Shown here one piece after another: positions 9,757 through 18,992 of a DNA stretch of 64,000 nucleotides. The DNA lies in NCBI GenBank assembly GCA_044229975.1, contig JBGARZ010000001.1, positions 992,001 through 1,056,000 of the forward strand, given 5' to 3'. The notes under the pieces were generated by a model. The model had not been told where the DNA came from. It worked only from the letters and a program-made list of their open reading frames with translations, and made no database searches. The stretch is from Polyangiales bacterium (lineage in GTDB: Bacteria; Myxococcota_A; Polyangia; Polyangiales; Ga0077539). Each line of letters starts with the position of its first letter. Positions within the stretch are counted from its first letter, which is position 1. A program made the position numbers and the translations under genes.

Positions 9757-10857
9757 ATGGCAGCTACGCAGAACAGATCAACCGACCCGGGGGTTACCCC
9801 CGCCGTGCGCCCCTCCTGGCCGACCGTCGTCGTCTCTGTCGTGCTCCATGGGCTCATCGTGCTCGTCGTCGCGTCGATCCGCGTGCCCGCGTCGCGACCC
9901 ACGCTTCTGCCAGCGACGCGCATCGTCGACCTCGACCTCACCGAGCCGCCGCCACCTCCGCCGCCTCCCGTCGTGCCACCGCCCGTCGTGCCGCCCGTCG
10001 CGCCGCAGCCGCCGACCGCGACCCCGCCCACGGCGCGGCCCGTCGCCGCTGCGGCCGCCTCTGCCACGCGGCCCGTCACCGTGCTCACCACGACCTCTGG
10101 CGTCGGCGACCCGTCGCCCGTCGCGGTCGCGCCCATCGAGCCGGCGCGTCCCGATGCGGGCGTCGCCGTGGTGCCGCCCAACCTCCGCGCGACGTCGCTG
10201 CTCACAGGCGCTCGCGACCTCTCGATGCAGATGGCCGGCGCGCAGCCCACCGCCGAACAGCAGCGCGAGCAGATTCGCAACGTCGCCCTCGCGCCCATCC
10301 TCGAAGGGCTCCACGCCAACGACCACATCGACGCGCCGGGCACCGCGCGCGCATCGGCGATCCTCACCACCCGGCTCGCGGAGGAGATCGCCTCGCGCAT
10401 CAACGTTCCGACCCTGGTGCCCGAGGTCGAGCGCGCGCCGAGCATCTCGCTCCCGCGCTACAACCCGACCGAGTCGGCGGGCGAGCGCATGGCGGGCAGC
10501 GAGCTCGACGCCGTCCACGCCAACTCGTTTCAGTCGGTCGGCTTCGGGCCCGGCTCGCCGGCTTGCTCGTCGTACCGCGCGCTCAACGTCGACCTGTCGT
10601 TCACCGACGCCGACGCGGGCCCGGCGGTGGTGGGGCTCCTCCGCGGGTCGGGCGTCGCCTCGCTCGACCGCGCCGTCATGGAGGTCGCCCGCGAACTCGT
10701 CGCCGAGGCCGCTCCGCCGGGGCGCACCCGCTGGCGCTTCGAGCTCGCCGACGACGCCATGATGTACCCGGGTCGACGGTGCAGCAGCGTCGGCGGCTGG
10801 CGACCGCTCGCAGGCGGACAGCTCCGGGTGCGCTTCCGACGGATGCACGGTCGGTAG
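9757..10857 (+). CDS. TonB-like energy transducer (TM with SxxxH, Pro-rich linker, TonB_C-like C-terminus)
   Basis: VVVSVVLHGLIV anchor, PPPPPPPP linker, RGSGVASLDRAVMEVAR resembling the TonB_C SSGxxxLDxAA segment. Confidence 0.6.
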   Translation: MAATQNRSTDPGVTPAVRPSWPTVVVSVVLHGLIVLVVASIRVPASRPTLLPATRIVDLDLTEPPPPPPPPVVPPPVVPPVAPQPPTATPPTARPVAAAAASATRPVTVLTTTSGVGDPSPVAVAPIEPARPDAGVAVVPPNLRATSLLTGARDLSMQMAGAQPTAEQQREQIRNVALAPILEGLHANDHIDAPGTARASAILTTRLAEEIASRINVPTLVPEVERAPSISLPRYNPTESAGERMAGSELDAVHANSFQSVGFGPGSPACSSYRALNVDLSFTDADAGPAVVGLLRGSGVASLDRAVMEVARELVAEAAPPGRTRWRFELADDAMMYPGRRCSSVGGWRPLAGGQLRVRFRRMHGR

Positions 10858-10880
10858 GGCGGTCTGGTACCGTCGCGCCG

Positions 10881-11993
10881 GTGCGAGCGACGACAGCGTG
10901 CGGATGGATGATGGCGGCGGCCTTCGCGCTGACCGCCCGCGTGGCAGCAGCACAACCCCTGGACATTCCCGCCGAGCTCATTGAAGCGCCCATTCCCGCG
11001 CAGCCCGGGACGGGGGTGCAGGCGATGTTCGTGCTCGGGTTCTTCGCGGGCCAGCCGTACAACCTCCAGCACGCGCGCGACCTGCTCGCGGGCACCTCCC
11101 TCACGCCCTCGTTCGACCTCTGGTGCGGGCCGCTGCCGCTGGTGGACTTCACCAACGGAACCACCGTCGACTCCCTCGGCCGAGCCGCGCCCACCGCGCA
11201 GTGCTTCCCCTTCTTCGACGCGACGTCCGAACAGATGCAGCCCTGCCGACCGCTCCCCGGCGTCCCGAGCGGGACGTACTCCACCCGCGGCGGCGCCGTG
11301 ATGCGCCTGCGCGGCTGGTTCGCGGTGCGCGCCGCGGGCACGTACACCTTCGCCTGGGGCCACGACGACGGGGTCGCCTTCGACGTCGGCAACGTCGCGG
11401 TCTTCGCCTACCCCGACGGAACCGCGCCGCGCGTCGATCGACGGGTGCTGCGCTTCTCCGCGGCGGGGCTCTACCCCTTCCAGCTCGATTGGTTCGACAC
11501 CGTCGGCAACGCGCTCCTCGACTGGTACGTCGCGCCCGGCGACCACCCCGAAGGAACCTTCGCCGAGCAGGGCTTTCGGCTCGTCCCCACCGCAGATCTC
11601 TATCCCTCCGACGCGCTCCCGTGCACGCCCGACTGTCGACGGTGCGCGCTCCCGACCCCTCGCTGTGACTACGCCGCATCGCGTTGTGTTGCCTGCCTCG
11701 ACGACCGCGACTGCGGCCGCGGCACGCGCTGTCAGGAAGGCGTTTGCGCCGGGGTGGTGATCCCTGACGCGGGGGCCGTGACCGACCTGGGCGGCCCCAT
11801 CGATGCGGGCGCGCGGGACGCGGGCCTCGACGCCGGAGACCCGTTGCCCCCCGTCGACGGTGGCGGGTGCGGGTGCCGGGTGGGCAGACCTGCGACAGCG
11901 CTTGCGCGCAGGGGGGCGCTCTCGTCTATGCTCCTGCTCGCTCTGGCGCGCCGCCGGACGTCACGACGCACCGAGAGGGCCCCTCGACGATGA
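10881..11993 (+). CDS. TraA-like cell-surface receptor (variable region, PA14-like domain, Cys-rich repeat, MYXO-CTERM)
   Basis: Signal peptide ending AAA-Q. APIPAQPGTG. RLRGWFAVRAAGTYTF..GHDDGV (PA14-type DD). RFSAAGLYPF, GFRLVP. CRRCALPTPRC...CVACLDDRDC. GGGCGCRV, hydrophobic stretch, RRR. Confidence 0.7.
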   Translation: MRATTACGWMMAAAFALTARVAAAQPLDIPAELIEAPIPAQPGTGVQAMFVLGFFAGQPYNLQHARDLLAGTSLTPSFDLWCGPLPLVDFTNGTTVDSLGRAAPTAQCFPFFDATSEQMQPCRPLPGVPSGTYSTRGGAVMRLRGWFAVRAAGTYTFAWGHDDGVAFDVGNVAVFAYPDGTAPRVDRRVLRFSAAGLYPFQLDWFDTVGNALLDWYVAPGDHPEGTFAEQGFRLVPTADLYPSDALPCTPDCRRCALPTPRCDYAASRCVACLDDRDCGRGTRCQEGVCAGVVIPDAGAVTDLGGPIDAGARDAGLDAGDPLPPVDGGGCGCRVGRPATALARRGALSSMLLLALARRRTSRRTERAPRR

Positions 11994-13147
11994 GCCTCCC
12001 CAACGCCAGCGCGCTGTCCATCGGCGAGGAGCTCAGCGGGGAGTTTCTCTCCTCGATCGTCGACCACATCGCGCACCCCATCTTCGTGAAGGACCGCGAG
12101 TATCGCTTCGTGCTCCTCAACCGGGCCATGGAGTCGATGGTGGGCATCCCGCGCGCCGACATGCTCGGCCACACCGACCACGACTTCTTCCCCAAGGAGC
12201 AGGCCGACTTCTTCCGCGCCAAGGATATGGAGATGTTCAGCGGCGGACAGACCGTCGAGATCAGCGAGGAGCCGCTCACCGACGCCCACGGCCAGCGCCA
12301 CACGCTCGCGACCACGAAGGTTCCGCTGCGGGGCGCCGACGGGCTCATCACGCACCTCGTCGGCATCATCCACGACATCACGCCCCTCAAGCGCGCCGAA
12401 GACGCCCTGAAGGAAGTGACCGGCGCCCTCGAGCTCCGCGTGCAGGAGCGCACCGCCACCCTGCTGGAGACCCAGGCCGAGCTCGTTCGCCGCGAGCGCC
12501 TCGCCGTCGTCGGGCTCTTCGCCGGCAGCCTTGCCCACCAGATTCGCAACCCCCTCGGGTCGATCAAAAACGCCGCGTACCTCGTGCAGCTCGCCAACCC
12601 CACGCAGGACGAGGACATCCGCCGCGCGCTCGCGATCATTCAAGACGAGGTGGGCCGCGCCAACCAGATCATCACCGACCTCGTGGACTACGCCCGCGTC
12701 GCCGTCGCGCAGCGCCGCGTGGTGCCCGTCGAGCTGCTCATGGAGCTCAGCCTCCACGGTCTCGACCTGCCCGCCAACGTCACCGTCACCTCCGAGTGCC
12801 CCGAGCACCTGAAGGTCAACGTCGACCCGGCGCAGCTCCAGCGCGCGCTCCAGAAGCTGGTGCGCAACTCGCTCCAGGCGATGACCCGCGGCGGCACCCT
12901 CACGCTGCGGGTGCGCGGCGACAAGGACGCGGTGTTCTTCTCCATCGGCGACACGGGGCGGGGCATTCCCGATGACGTGATGAGCCGCCTCTTCGAACCG
13001 CTGGTGAGCAGCAACGCCGGGAGCCTCGGCCTCGGGCTCATCACCGCCCGCGCGCTCGTCGAAAACCAGGGCGGCGCGCTCGCCGTCGAGAAGAGCGACG
13101 CCGACGGCACCACGCTGGTCATCCGCCTGCCGATCGCGACCGAGTAG
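11990..13147 (+). CDS. Cytoplasmic PAS-domain sensor histidine kinase
   Basis: ATGA overlap with the TraA-like gene. PAS (IFVKDREYRFVLLN...GHTDHDFFP...LVGIIHDIT), H-box AHQIRNPL, DTGRGIP, LFEPL, GLGL. Confidence 0.9.
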   Translation: MSLPNASALSIGEELSGEFLSSIVDHIAHPIFVKDREYRFVLLNRAMESMVGIPRADMLGHTDHDFFPKEQADFFRAKDMEMFSGGQTVEISEEPLTDAHGQRHTLATTKVPLRGADGLITHLVGIIHDITPLKRAEDALKEVTGALELRVQERTATLLETQAELVRRERLAVVGLFAGSLAHQIRNPLGSIKNAAYLVQLANPTQDEDIRRALAIIQDEVGRANQIITDLVDYARVAVAQRRVVPVELLMELSLHGLDLPANVTVTSECPEHLKVNVDPAQLQRALQKLVRNSLQAMTRGGTLTLRVRGDKDAVFFSIGDTGRGIPDDVMSRLFEPLVSSNAGSLGLGLITARALVENQGGALAVEKSDADGTTLVIRLPIATE

Positions 13148-14299
13148 TCAGAACACCCGCGCCACGATGTCGTCCGCCAGGAGCCAGCGCTCGCGCGGAA
13201 TCTCCCACCGCGACCCGTGGTCGATCAGGTTGCCCCGCGCACACTCCCGCGCAACGGCCGCCTCGCGCCCCGCTCGCGGATCGACGCCGGTGCGCACCGC
13301 GAGCCCCTGGAGGTCGACGCCCGCGGCCGTCCGCAGCCCCAGCATCAGCCCCTCCTGCACCCGCACCGACGGCGCCAGCCGCTCGGTCTCGCCGGGAGGC
13401 AGCGAGCCCGCCTCGATGGCCTCGCAGTAGGCCGCCGCGTCGGCGTGGTTGCGCCAGCGCTCACCCGCGCGATTGTCATCATTCGCGGGCGCGCAGCCCA
13501 CCGCCCCGGCGCCGAGCCCGAGATACCACTCGCCGCGCCAGTACGCTTCGTTGTGGCGGCTCGCGGCGCCCGGTCGCGCGTAGTTGGACACCTCGTAGTG
13601 ACCGAGGCCCGCGCGCTCGCAGGTGGACTCGACGGACTCGTACAGCGCCGCCACGCGGTCGTCTTCGAGGCGCGGCAGGCGGCCCTTGCGCGCGAGCTCG
13701 CCGAAGCGGGTGCCCGACTCGATGGTGAGCGCGTAGCAGGAGAGGTGCTCGACCCCGGTGTCGAGGAGCGCACCGAGGTCTTCCACCAGCGTGTCATTGC
13801 GCTGCTCGGCCATGCCAAACATCACGTCGGCCGACACCCGCAGGCCACCCGAGCGAACCGCGGTGCGCACGGCGCGCGAGGCGCCATCGGCGTCGTGCAG
13901 GCGACCGAGGTAGCGCAGGTGCTCGTCGCGTAGGGACTGCACCCCGATGGAGAGGCGATCGACCCCGACGTCCTTCCACCGCGCGCAGCGATCGTCGTCG
14001 AGGGAGGTGGGATTGCACTCGACGGTGACCTCCTCCAACGATCCGCGGCGGGCGACGGCGGCGACCACGCGGCCGAGGTCGGCGGGCTCCCAGAGGCTCG
14101 GGGTGCCGCCGCCGAAGAAGAGCGTGCGGGCCCGCGCGTCGGAGGGGAGCGCGTCGAGGCGGAGGGTGAGCTCGCGCACGACGGCGTCGGCGTAGCGGGC
14201 GTGCGGGATGCGCGCGGGGTTGATCGCCTCCGTCGCGAAATCGCAGTACGGGCAGCGCTGGAGGCACCAGGGGAAGTGCACGTACACCGCGAGGTTCAT
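13148..14299 (-). CDS. hemW: Radical SAM heme chaperone (HemN-like)
   Basis: VYVHFPWCLQRCPYCDF, FFGGGTPS, RLSIGVQS, YEVSNYA and HNEAYW (the HNxxYW motif of HemW). Confidence 0.9.
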   Translation of the reverse strand: MNLAVYVHFPWCLQRCPYCDFATEAINPARIPHARYADAVVRELTLRLDALPSDARARTLFFGGGTPSLWEPADLGRVVAAVARRGSLEEVTVECNPTSLDDDRCARWKDVGVDRLSIGVQSLRDEHLRYLGRLHDADGASRAVRTAVRSGGLRVSADVMFGMAEQRNDTLVEDLGALLDTGVEHLSCYALTIESGTRFGELARKGRLPRLEDDRVAALYESVESTCERAGLGHYEVSNYARPGAASRHNEAYWRGEWYLGLGAGAVGCAPANDDNRAGERWRNHADAAAYCEAIEAGSLPPGETERLAPSVRVQEGLMLGLRTAAGVDLQGLAVRTGVDPRAGREAAVARECARGNLIDHGSRWEIPRERWLLADDIVARVF

Positions 14300-14381
14300 C
14301 GTCGGGGCGCGGCCTAGCACGAAGCGCGTCACGGCGCGGGGAAGGTTTGCGTTAGAGTGCGGGCCGAGGTCGACGAGACGC

Positions 14382-15977
14382 GTGCTGCGGTTGCTCATCC
14401 GGGAGGCGTTGATCACCCTCGCGTCGCTCCTGGTGGTCTCGGCGGTGGCCTTTGCGCTGCTCGACCGCGTCGGGGACCAGGACTGGCAGGGCACCGCCGC
14501 CTACGCCCACCTCTTCGGCTTCACCCGCGACCACGCCGTCGGCGCCGACCTCCCGCTCTACTGGAACCCCTTCGTCCTCGACGCCGAGCGCCGCACCGCC
14601 CGTGACCTCCCGCTCCTCGGCGCGGCCTCCACCCGCGACGCGGCGCGCGCCCGGCTCCAGCGCCGTGGATCCGCCGCGCTGCCCGCCATCCTCGCCCGCC
14701 TCGACGCGCTCAGCCCGGAGGCCCGCCGCCACGCCCTCTCGCTCATCGCCGGGTGGTCGCAGTCACTCACCGGATCGGAGCGCGCCCCCGACCCCCTCGA
14801 CGGCGCCACCGAGGCGAGCGCCCGCGTGTGGTGGGAGCGCTTCCAGGCGTCGCGCGCCCTGGACTTCCGGCTGAGCTACGCCACGCGCCAGGCCCAGCGC
14901 GTCGGCGCGCGCGACCGCACCAACGCCTACGGTCGCCTCGTCGAGCTCGGAACCTTCGCCCTCCCGGGCATCCACAACGTTCTGGCGGCGAGCGCCAACC
15001 GCGACGAGAGCGTGCGACTCACCGGGCTGCTCGCCACGCTCACGGGTCTGCCAGTGCGCGCCGACCCGGGCGCGCCCAACGGCGAGGTGCAGCGCGTGGC
15101 GTCCGCGTGGCAGGCGTTCTGGTTCGCCGAGCGATTGGAGTTCGAGACGCTCACCGAGGAGCGCCGCGCCACCGCGCGCTTCTTCGAGAGCCGCTACGGC
15201 CGCTGGGTCGAGCGCGCCATGCGGGGTCGTATGGGGTACAGCCGCGCGAGCCGTCGCCCCGTCGCCCTCGAACTCCGCTGGCGCCTCCCGGTGAGCACCC
15301 TCTCCTCCGGCCTCGGCGGCCTCGTCGGAACCGCCATCGCCATCGCCTTCGGGGGCGGCCCCGCGCTGCGCCGTCGTCGACTGCGACCGAAGCTCCTCGA
15401 CCTCGCGGGCGCCCTCACCCCCGGGCTCGTCGCGCTCACCGGGGCATGGCTGCTGATGCTCCGTCTCTGCGCGCCCACGGGCTCATTGCGGAGCGACCTC
15501 GCGCTGGTGCTGGGCGATGGACAGTGGGCCCAGGTGCTCGCGTGCGCGGCCGTCATTGCCGCGGCGAGCAGCGTGTACCTCCAGCGACCGCGCGCCGCGA
15601 GCGCCACGCAGCTCGTGCGGCTCGAAGCCGAAGGGTGGGTCGCCGATCGGCTGCGCCCCGGCGTACGCGAGGTGGTCCGCCATGGGGCGCGCATCGGCAT
15701 AGCGTCGCTGCTGGCGCCGCTCGGGTTCGCGGGGCCGGTGGTGCTCATCGCGTCGCTGGTGGTCGAACTCCCACTGGGGCTCGATGGCATGGGTGAGCTC
15801 ACCGTGCGCGCGCTCCCGTTGCGCGACGCGCCGTGGCTGATGGTCGCCACGCTCACCATGGTGCCGCTGCTGCTCGGTCGTCGCTGGGCGCGTGGTCTGC
15901 TGGTGAAGGTGCTCGATCTGCCCGCGACGCCGCTGGCGCGCGCTCCCGGTGGGGCGGTAGGGTCCGCGCCCTCATGA
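14382..15977 (+). CDS. DppB/OppB-like ABC permease with a large helical insertion
   Basis: N-terminal MLRLLIREALITL..TM. YGRWV...GRMGYSRASRRPV...RLPVS. VVRHG...LVVELPLGLDGMG...LRDAP. Start codon estimated. Confidence 0.6.
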   Translation: MLRLLIREALITLASLLVVSAVAFALLDRVGDQDWQGTAAYAHLFGFTRDHAVGADLPLYWNPFVLDAERRTARDLPLLGAASTRDAARARLQRRGSAALPAILARLDALSPEARRHALSLIAGWSQSLTGSERAPDPLDGATEASARVWWERFQASRALDFRLSYATRQAQRVGARDRTNAYGRLVELGTFALPGIHNVLAASANRDESVRLTGLLATLTGLPVRADPGAPNGEVQRVASAWQAFWFAERLEFETLTEERRATARFFESRYGRWVERAMRGRMGYSRASRRPVALELRWRLPVSTLSSGLGGLVGTAIAIAFGGGPALRRRRLRPKLLDLAGALTPGLVALTGAWLLMLRLCAPTGSLRSDLALVLGDGQWAQVLACAAVIAAASSVYLQRPRAASATQLVRLEAEGWVADRLRPGVREVVRHGARIGIASLLAPLGFAGPVVLIASLVVELPLGLDGMGELTVRALPLRDAPWLMVATLTMVPLLLGRRWARGLLVKVLDLPATPLARAPGGAVGSAPS

Positions 15978-16678
15978 CTCCCCCGCGGTGGATCCTGCTG
16001 GTCGTCTGCGCGCTGCTCCCCACGCTCTCGTGGCACCTGGGTGGCGCCTCGGTCTGGTACTCCGCGGTGCTCGGCTTCGGCGTCGCCGCGGCCCTCGCCG
16101 CGTGGGCCCTCGCGCAGGATGGTCAGCTCGGCGCCGCGCTCACACCGCGCGCGGGCGACGCATCGCTCGGCATCGTCCCGGCCGTCGTTCTCTACGCGCT
16201 GCTCTATGTCGTGGTGACGAAGGTCATGGCCCCCCTCCCGCTGCTGCGGGTCTGCACCGTCGATGGTCCGCTCGTCCCGCGCGGCGGTCTGCACGGCCTC
16301 GCCGCGCTCACCGAGTGGATGCGCGTGCGCTCGTGCCTCGCGGTCGGTCACGTCGGCGCCATTCAAGGGACCGCCCGCGTGGGACTGGTGCTCACGGTCG
16401 CTGCGCTGGAAGAGCTCGCGTGGCGGGGAGGCGTGCAGCAGGGCCTGTCCGAGCGCTTCGGCTCCACCCGCGGCTGGCTGCTCGCATCGGGCCTCTACGC
16501 GCTGGTCCACGTGGGGACACTCAACGCCGCCACCGTGCTCGTGGCGCTGCCGTGCGGGCTGCTCTGGGGTGCGCTCTATCGCTTCCGCGGGCGCCTCGCC
16601 CCCGCGCTGCTCTCGCACATCGTCTTCTCGTGGGCGCTGTTCGTGCCCAACCGGGCCAGCCTGTTCATCACGCCGTAG
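15974..16678 (+). CDS. CPBP (CAAX/Abi/Rce1-like) intramembrane glutamic protease
   Basis: ATGA overlap. EELAWRG, YALVH, GLLWG...RGRLAPALLSH. Several TM segments. Confidence 0.85.
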   Translation: MTPPRWILLVVCALLPTLSWHLGGASVWYSAVLGFGVAAALAAWALAQDGQLGAALTPRAGDASLGIVPAVVLYALLYVVVTKVMAPLPLLRVCTVDGPLVPRGGLHGLAALTEWMRVRSCLAVGHVGAIQGTARVGLVLTVAALEELAWRGGVQQGLSERFGSTRGWLLASGLYALVHVGTLNAATVLVALPCGLLWGALYRFRGRLAPALLSHIVFSWALFVPNRASLFITP

Positions 16679-16695
16679 GTCGGTATCATCCGCCG

Positions 16696-17832
16696 ATGCA
16701 GCGCGGAGCACCCTCGCGGGTTGGTGCCTTGGCCTTGGCGTGGGCGATGGCCTGTTCGGGCACGGCGCGGCCGCCTGGCATCACCACGGACACCGACGCG
16801 GCGGTCGAAGACTCGCTCGTCACGGTCATCCGCGACGCCATCCCCATCCGCGAGATGGCCTCCTGCGGCGGAACCTCCATGTCCCTCACCCGCCGCCGCG
16901 CGAGCGCGATCCTCGTCATCGACCGCTCGGGCAGCATGTTGGAAAACGCCCTCGACGGCATGGAGAAGTGGGCCGCCCTGCTCGCCGCCCTCAACAGCGC
17001 CCTGCCCCGCATCGAGCACAACGTCGCGCTCGGCCTGGTGACCTTTCCGCAGCCGATTCCCACCGGCGTTCCGCGCACGTTGCAGTCCATCTGCGCGCTG
17101 CGCACCACGCTCGACCTGGAGCCTCGCATCGACAACGCGAGCGCCATCATGGCGCGGCTCCGATCGATCCCGCCGGACGGGCCGACGCCCACCGCCGGGG
17201 CCGAGGAGGTCGCTGGGCGATGGTTCATCAACAACCCCGACCGCGACGGCGAGCGGTACCTCATCCTGGCCACGGACGGCGCGCCCAACTGCAACCCGGT
17301 GCTCGACCCGGCGACCTGTCGTTGCGCGGGCGCGGCGACGATGTGCAACCCGATGACCAACTCCTTCGCGCCCATCAACTGCCTCGATGACACGCGCACG
17401 GTGGCGTCCATCAACCTCTTCCGTCAGCAGGAGGTGTTCACCTACGTCGTGGGGCTCAACGGCATCGAGGCGTTCTCCAGCGTGCTCGACCAGATGGCCG
17501 AGGCGGGCGGCAGGGCGCGCGCGGCGACGCCGAGGTTCTACCCCGCGAGCACGGCCAACGACCTCGCGCGCGAGCTCACCAACATCACCTCGGGCATCGT
17601 GGACTGTCGCTTCCGGCTCAACGCGGTTCCGCCCGACCCGACGCTCGTCGACCTGCGCCTCGACGGCATGAGCCTCATCCACGACACCGGCCGCCGCGAC
17701 GGCTGGGACTACTCCGAAGGGACCTTCCAGGAGATCCGCTTCTACGGGCGGACCTGCGAGCAGGTGAGCTCGGCGACGGGCGGGTCGAGCCTCATCGCAG
17801 CCTTCGGATGTCCGGCGCCGGTGCCGCCGTGA
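16696..17832 (+). CDS. CglB-like VWA-domain lipoprotein
   Basis: Lipobox AMAC. MIDAS DRSGS, GPTPT, YLILATDGAPNCN, Cys loop, CLDD, TYVVG, MAEAGG. Confidence 0.75.
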   Translation: MQRGAPSRVGALALAWAMACSGTARPPGITTDTDAAVEDSLVTVIRDAIPIREMASCGGTSMSLTRRRASAILVIDRSGSMLENALDGMEKWAALLAALNSALPRIEHNVALGLVTFPQPIPTGVPRTLQSICALRTTLDLEPRIDNASAIMARLRSIPPDGPTPTAGAEEVAGRWFINNPDRDGERYLILATDGAPNCNPVLDPATCRCAGAATMCNPMTNSFAPINCLDDTRTVASINLFRQQEVFTYVVGLNGIEAFSSVLDQMAEAGGRARAATPRFYPASTANDLARELTNITSGIVDCRFRLNAVPPDPTLVDLRLDGMSLIHDTGRRDGWDYSEGTFQEIRFYGRTCEQVSSATGGSSLIAAFGCPAPVPP

Positions 17833-17836
17833 CGGC

Positions 17837-18961
17837 TCAGTCCGTGAGCAGCAGGTAGCCCGCGACGCGGTAGTACGGCTCGGTGTGCGTCGAGTCGTTG
17901 TAGTCGCAGGTCGTGCGGAAGACGCAGCCCGCGCAGGGCATCGCGCCCGGGCGGCAGGTGTTCGCCTGCTCTTCGACGTCGTACGCGACGGTATGGGAGC
18001 CGGGCGTCGGCGCGCCGAGGTCGACCACCCAGGGCGCCGCGATGTCACCGGGACACCAGCCCGCGCGCGACGGTTGCCAGTTGCCGCGCTGGGTGTTGAC
18101 CGGGTTGTCGGCGCAGTCGTCGCGCCACAGCGCGTGCTCGAAGCGCATCCCGTCGAAGACCACCGCGTGGGTGCGCGAGCAGAACTCCGCGCAGTTGTCC
18201 CGGTTGCCCTGTCCGTGACCGGTGGTGCTCACCCAGACCTTCGCGCCACCCGTCCCCGCGGGCACCTCGAAGGTCCGAGGGAGTAGCTGTGACGCCGCGC
18301 TGCGCTCCGGGTCGCCATAGACCATCCGCGACCACCCCAGCGGAACCACCGTGCGCGTCGGATGCTCGGCCACGCCGGGCTCGAAGGCGATGGAGGCGGT
18401 GACGAGCCAGCCGTTGCCCTGCGGATGACCGGGGCCCACCCACGTGTCGATGAACACCCGCACGCGCCGCTCACCGCGGAAGAGCGGCATGAGGTCGGAG
18501 ACGTCGAGCGTCCACGTTCCGCCGACGCCGTAGGGCGTGACGAAGCGCGCGAACTCGAGCTCGACGGGCGCACCACCATCGGGTGCGTCGTCGAGGATCG
18601 ACAGCGCCGCGACACGGTCCCACGCGTCGCAGCGACCCGATGGACACGCGAGGGTCAGCGTGAGGACGGCGCGAGCGTAACGACCCACGACCTCGTCGGG
18701 AAAGCGCGCGGTGCCGTCGACCGTGCGCCGGTTGTCAGAGCCGGTGAACGACACCTGGGTGCGCTCGAAGATCGATGTGGTCATCGGCTCAGCGGGCGGA
18801 AGCACCGTGGCATCGGGCGCGGCGACGTCGGGCGCCCCGACGTCCACGGCCTGCTGGATGTCCGTCGACGCATCGACCGTCGGCGTCGTCGGAGCAGCGT
18901 CGTTGCAACCGACCAGGAGAGCGAGCGCGGCGAGGCTTCGAAGGGCGAGGCGGGTCGTCAT
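17837..18961 (-). CDS. Peptide-N-glycosidase F-like lipoprotein
   Basis: Lipobox LVGC. CDAWDR, EFARFVTPYG, TTGHG...CAEFC, WRDDCADNP, RAGWCPG. Confidence 0.85.
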   Translation of the reverse strand: MTTRLALRSLAALALLVGCNDAAPTTPTVDASTDIQQAVDVGAPDVAAPDATVLPPAEPMTTSIFERTQVSFTGSDNRRTVDGTARFPDEVVGRYARAVLTLTLACPSGRCDAWDRVAALSILDDAPDGGAPVELEFARFVTPYGVGGTWTLDVSDLMPLFRGERRVRVFIDTWVGPGHPQGNGWLVTASIAFEPGVAEHPTRTVVPLGWSRMVYGDPERSAASQLLPRTFEVPAGTGGAKVWVSTTGHGQGNRDNCAEFCSRTHAVVFDGMRFEHALWRDDCADNPVNTQRGNWQPSRAGWCPGDIAAPWVVDLGAPTPGSHTVAYDVEEQANTCRPGAMPCAGCVFRTTCDYNDSTHTEPYYRVAGYLLLTD

Positions 18962-18992
18962 GTCGTCGTAGCCCGCGAGTCTCTCGCGACGC

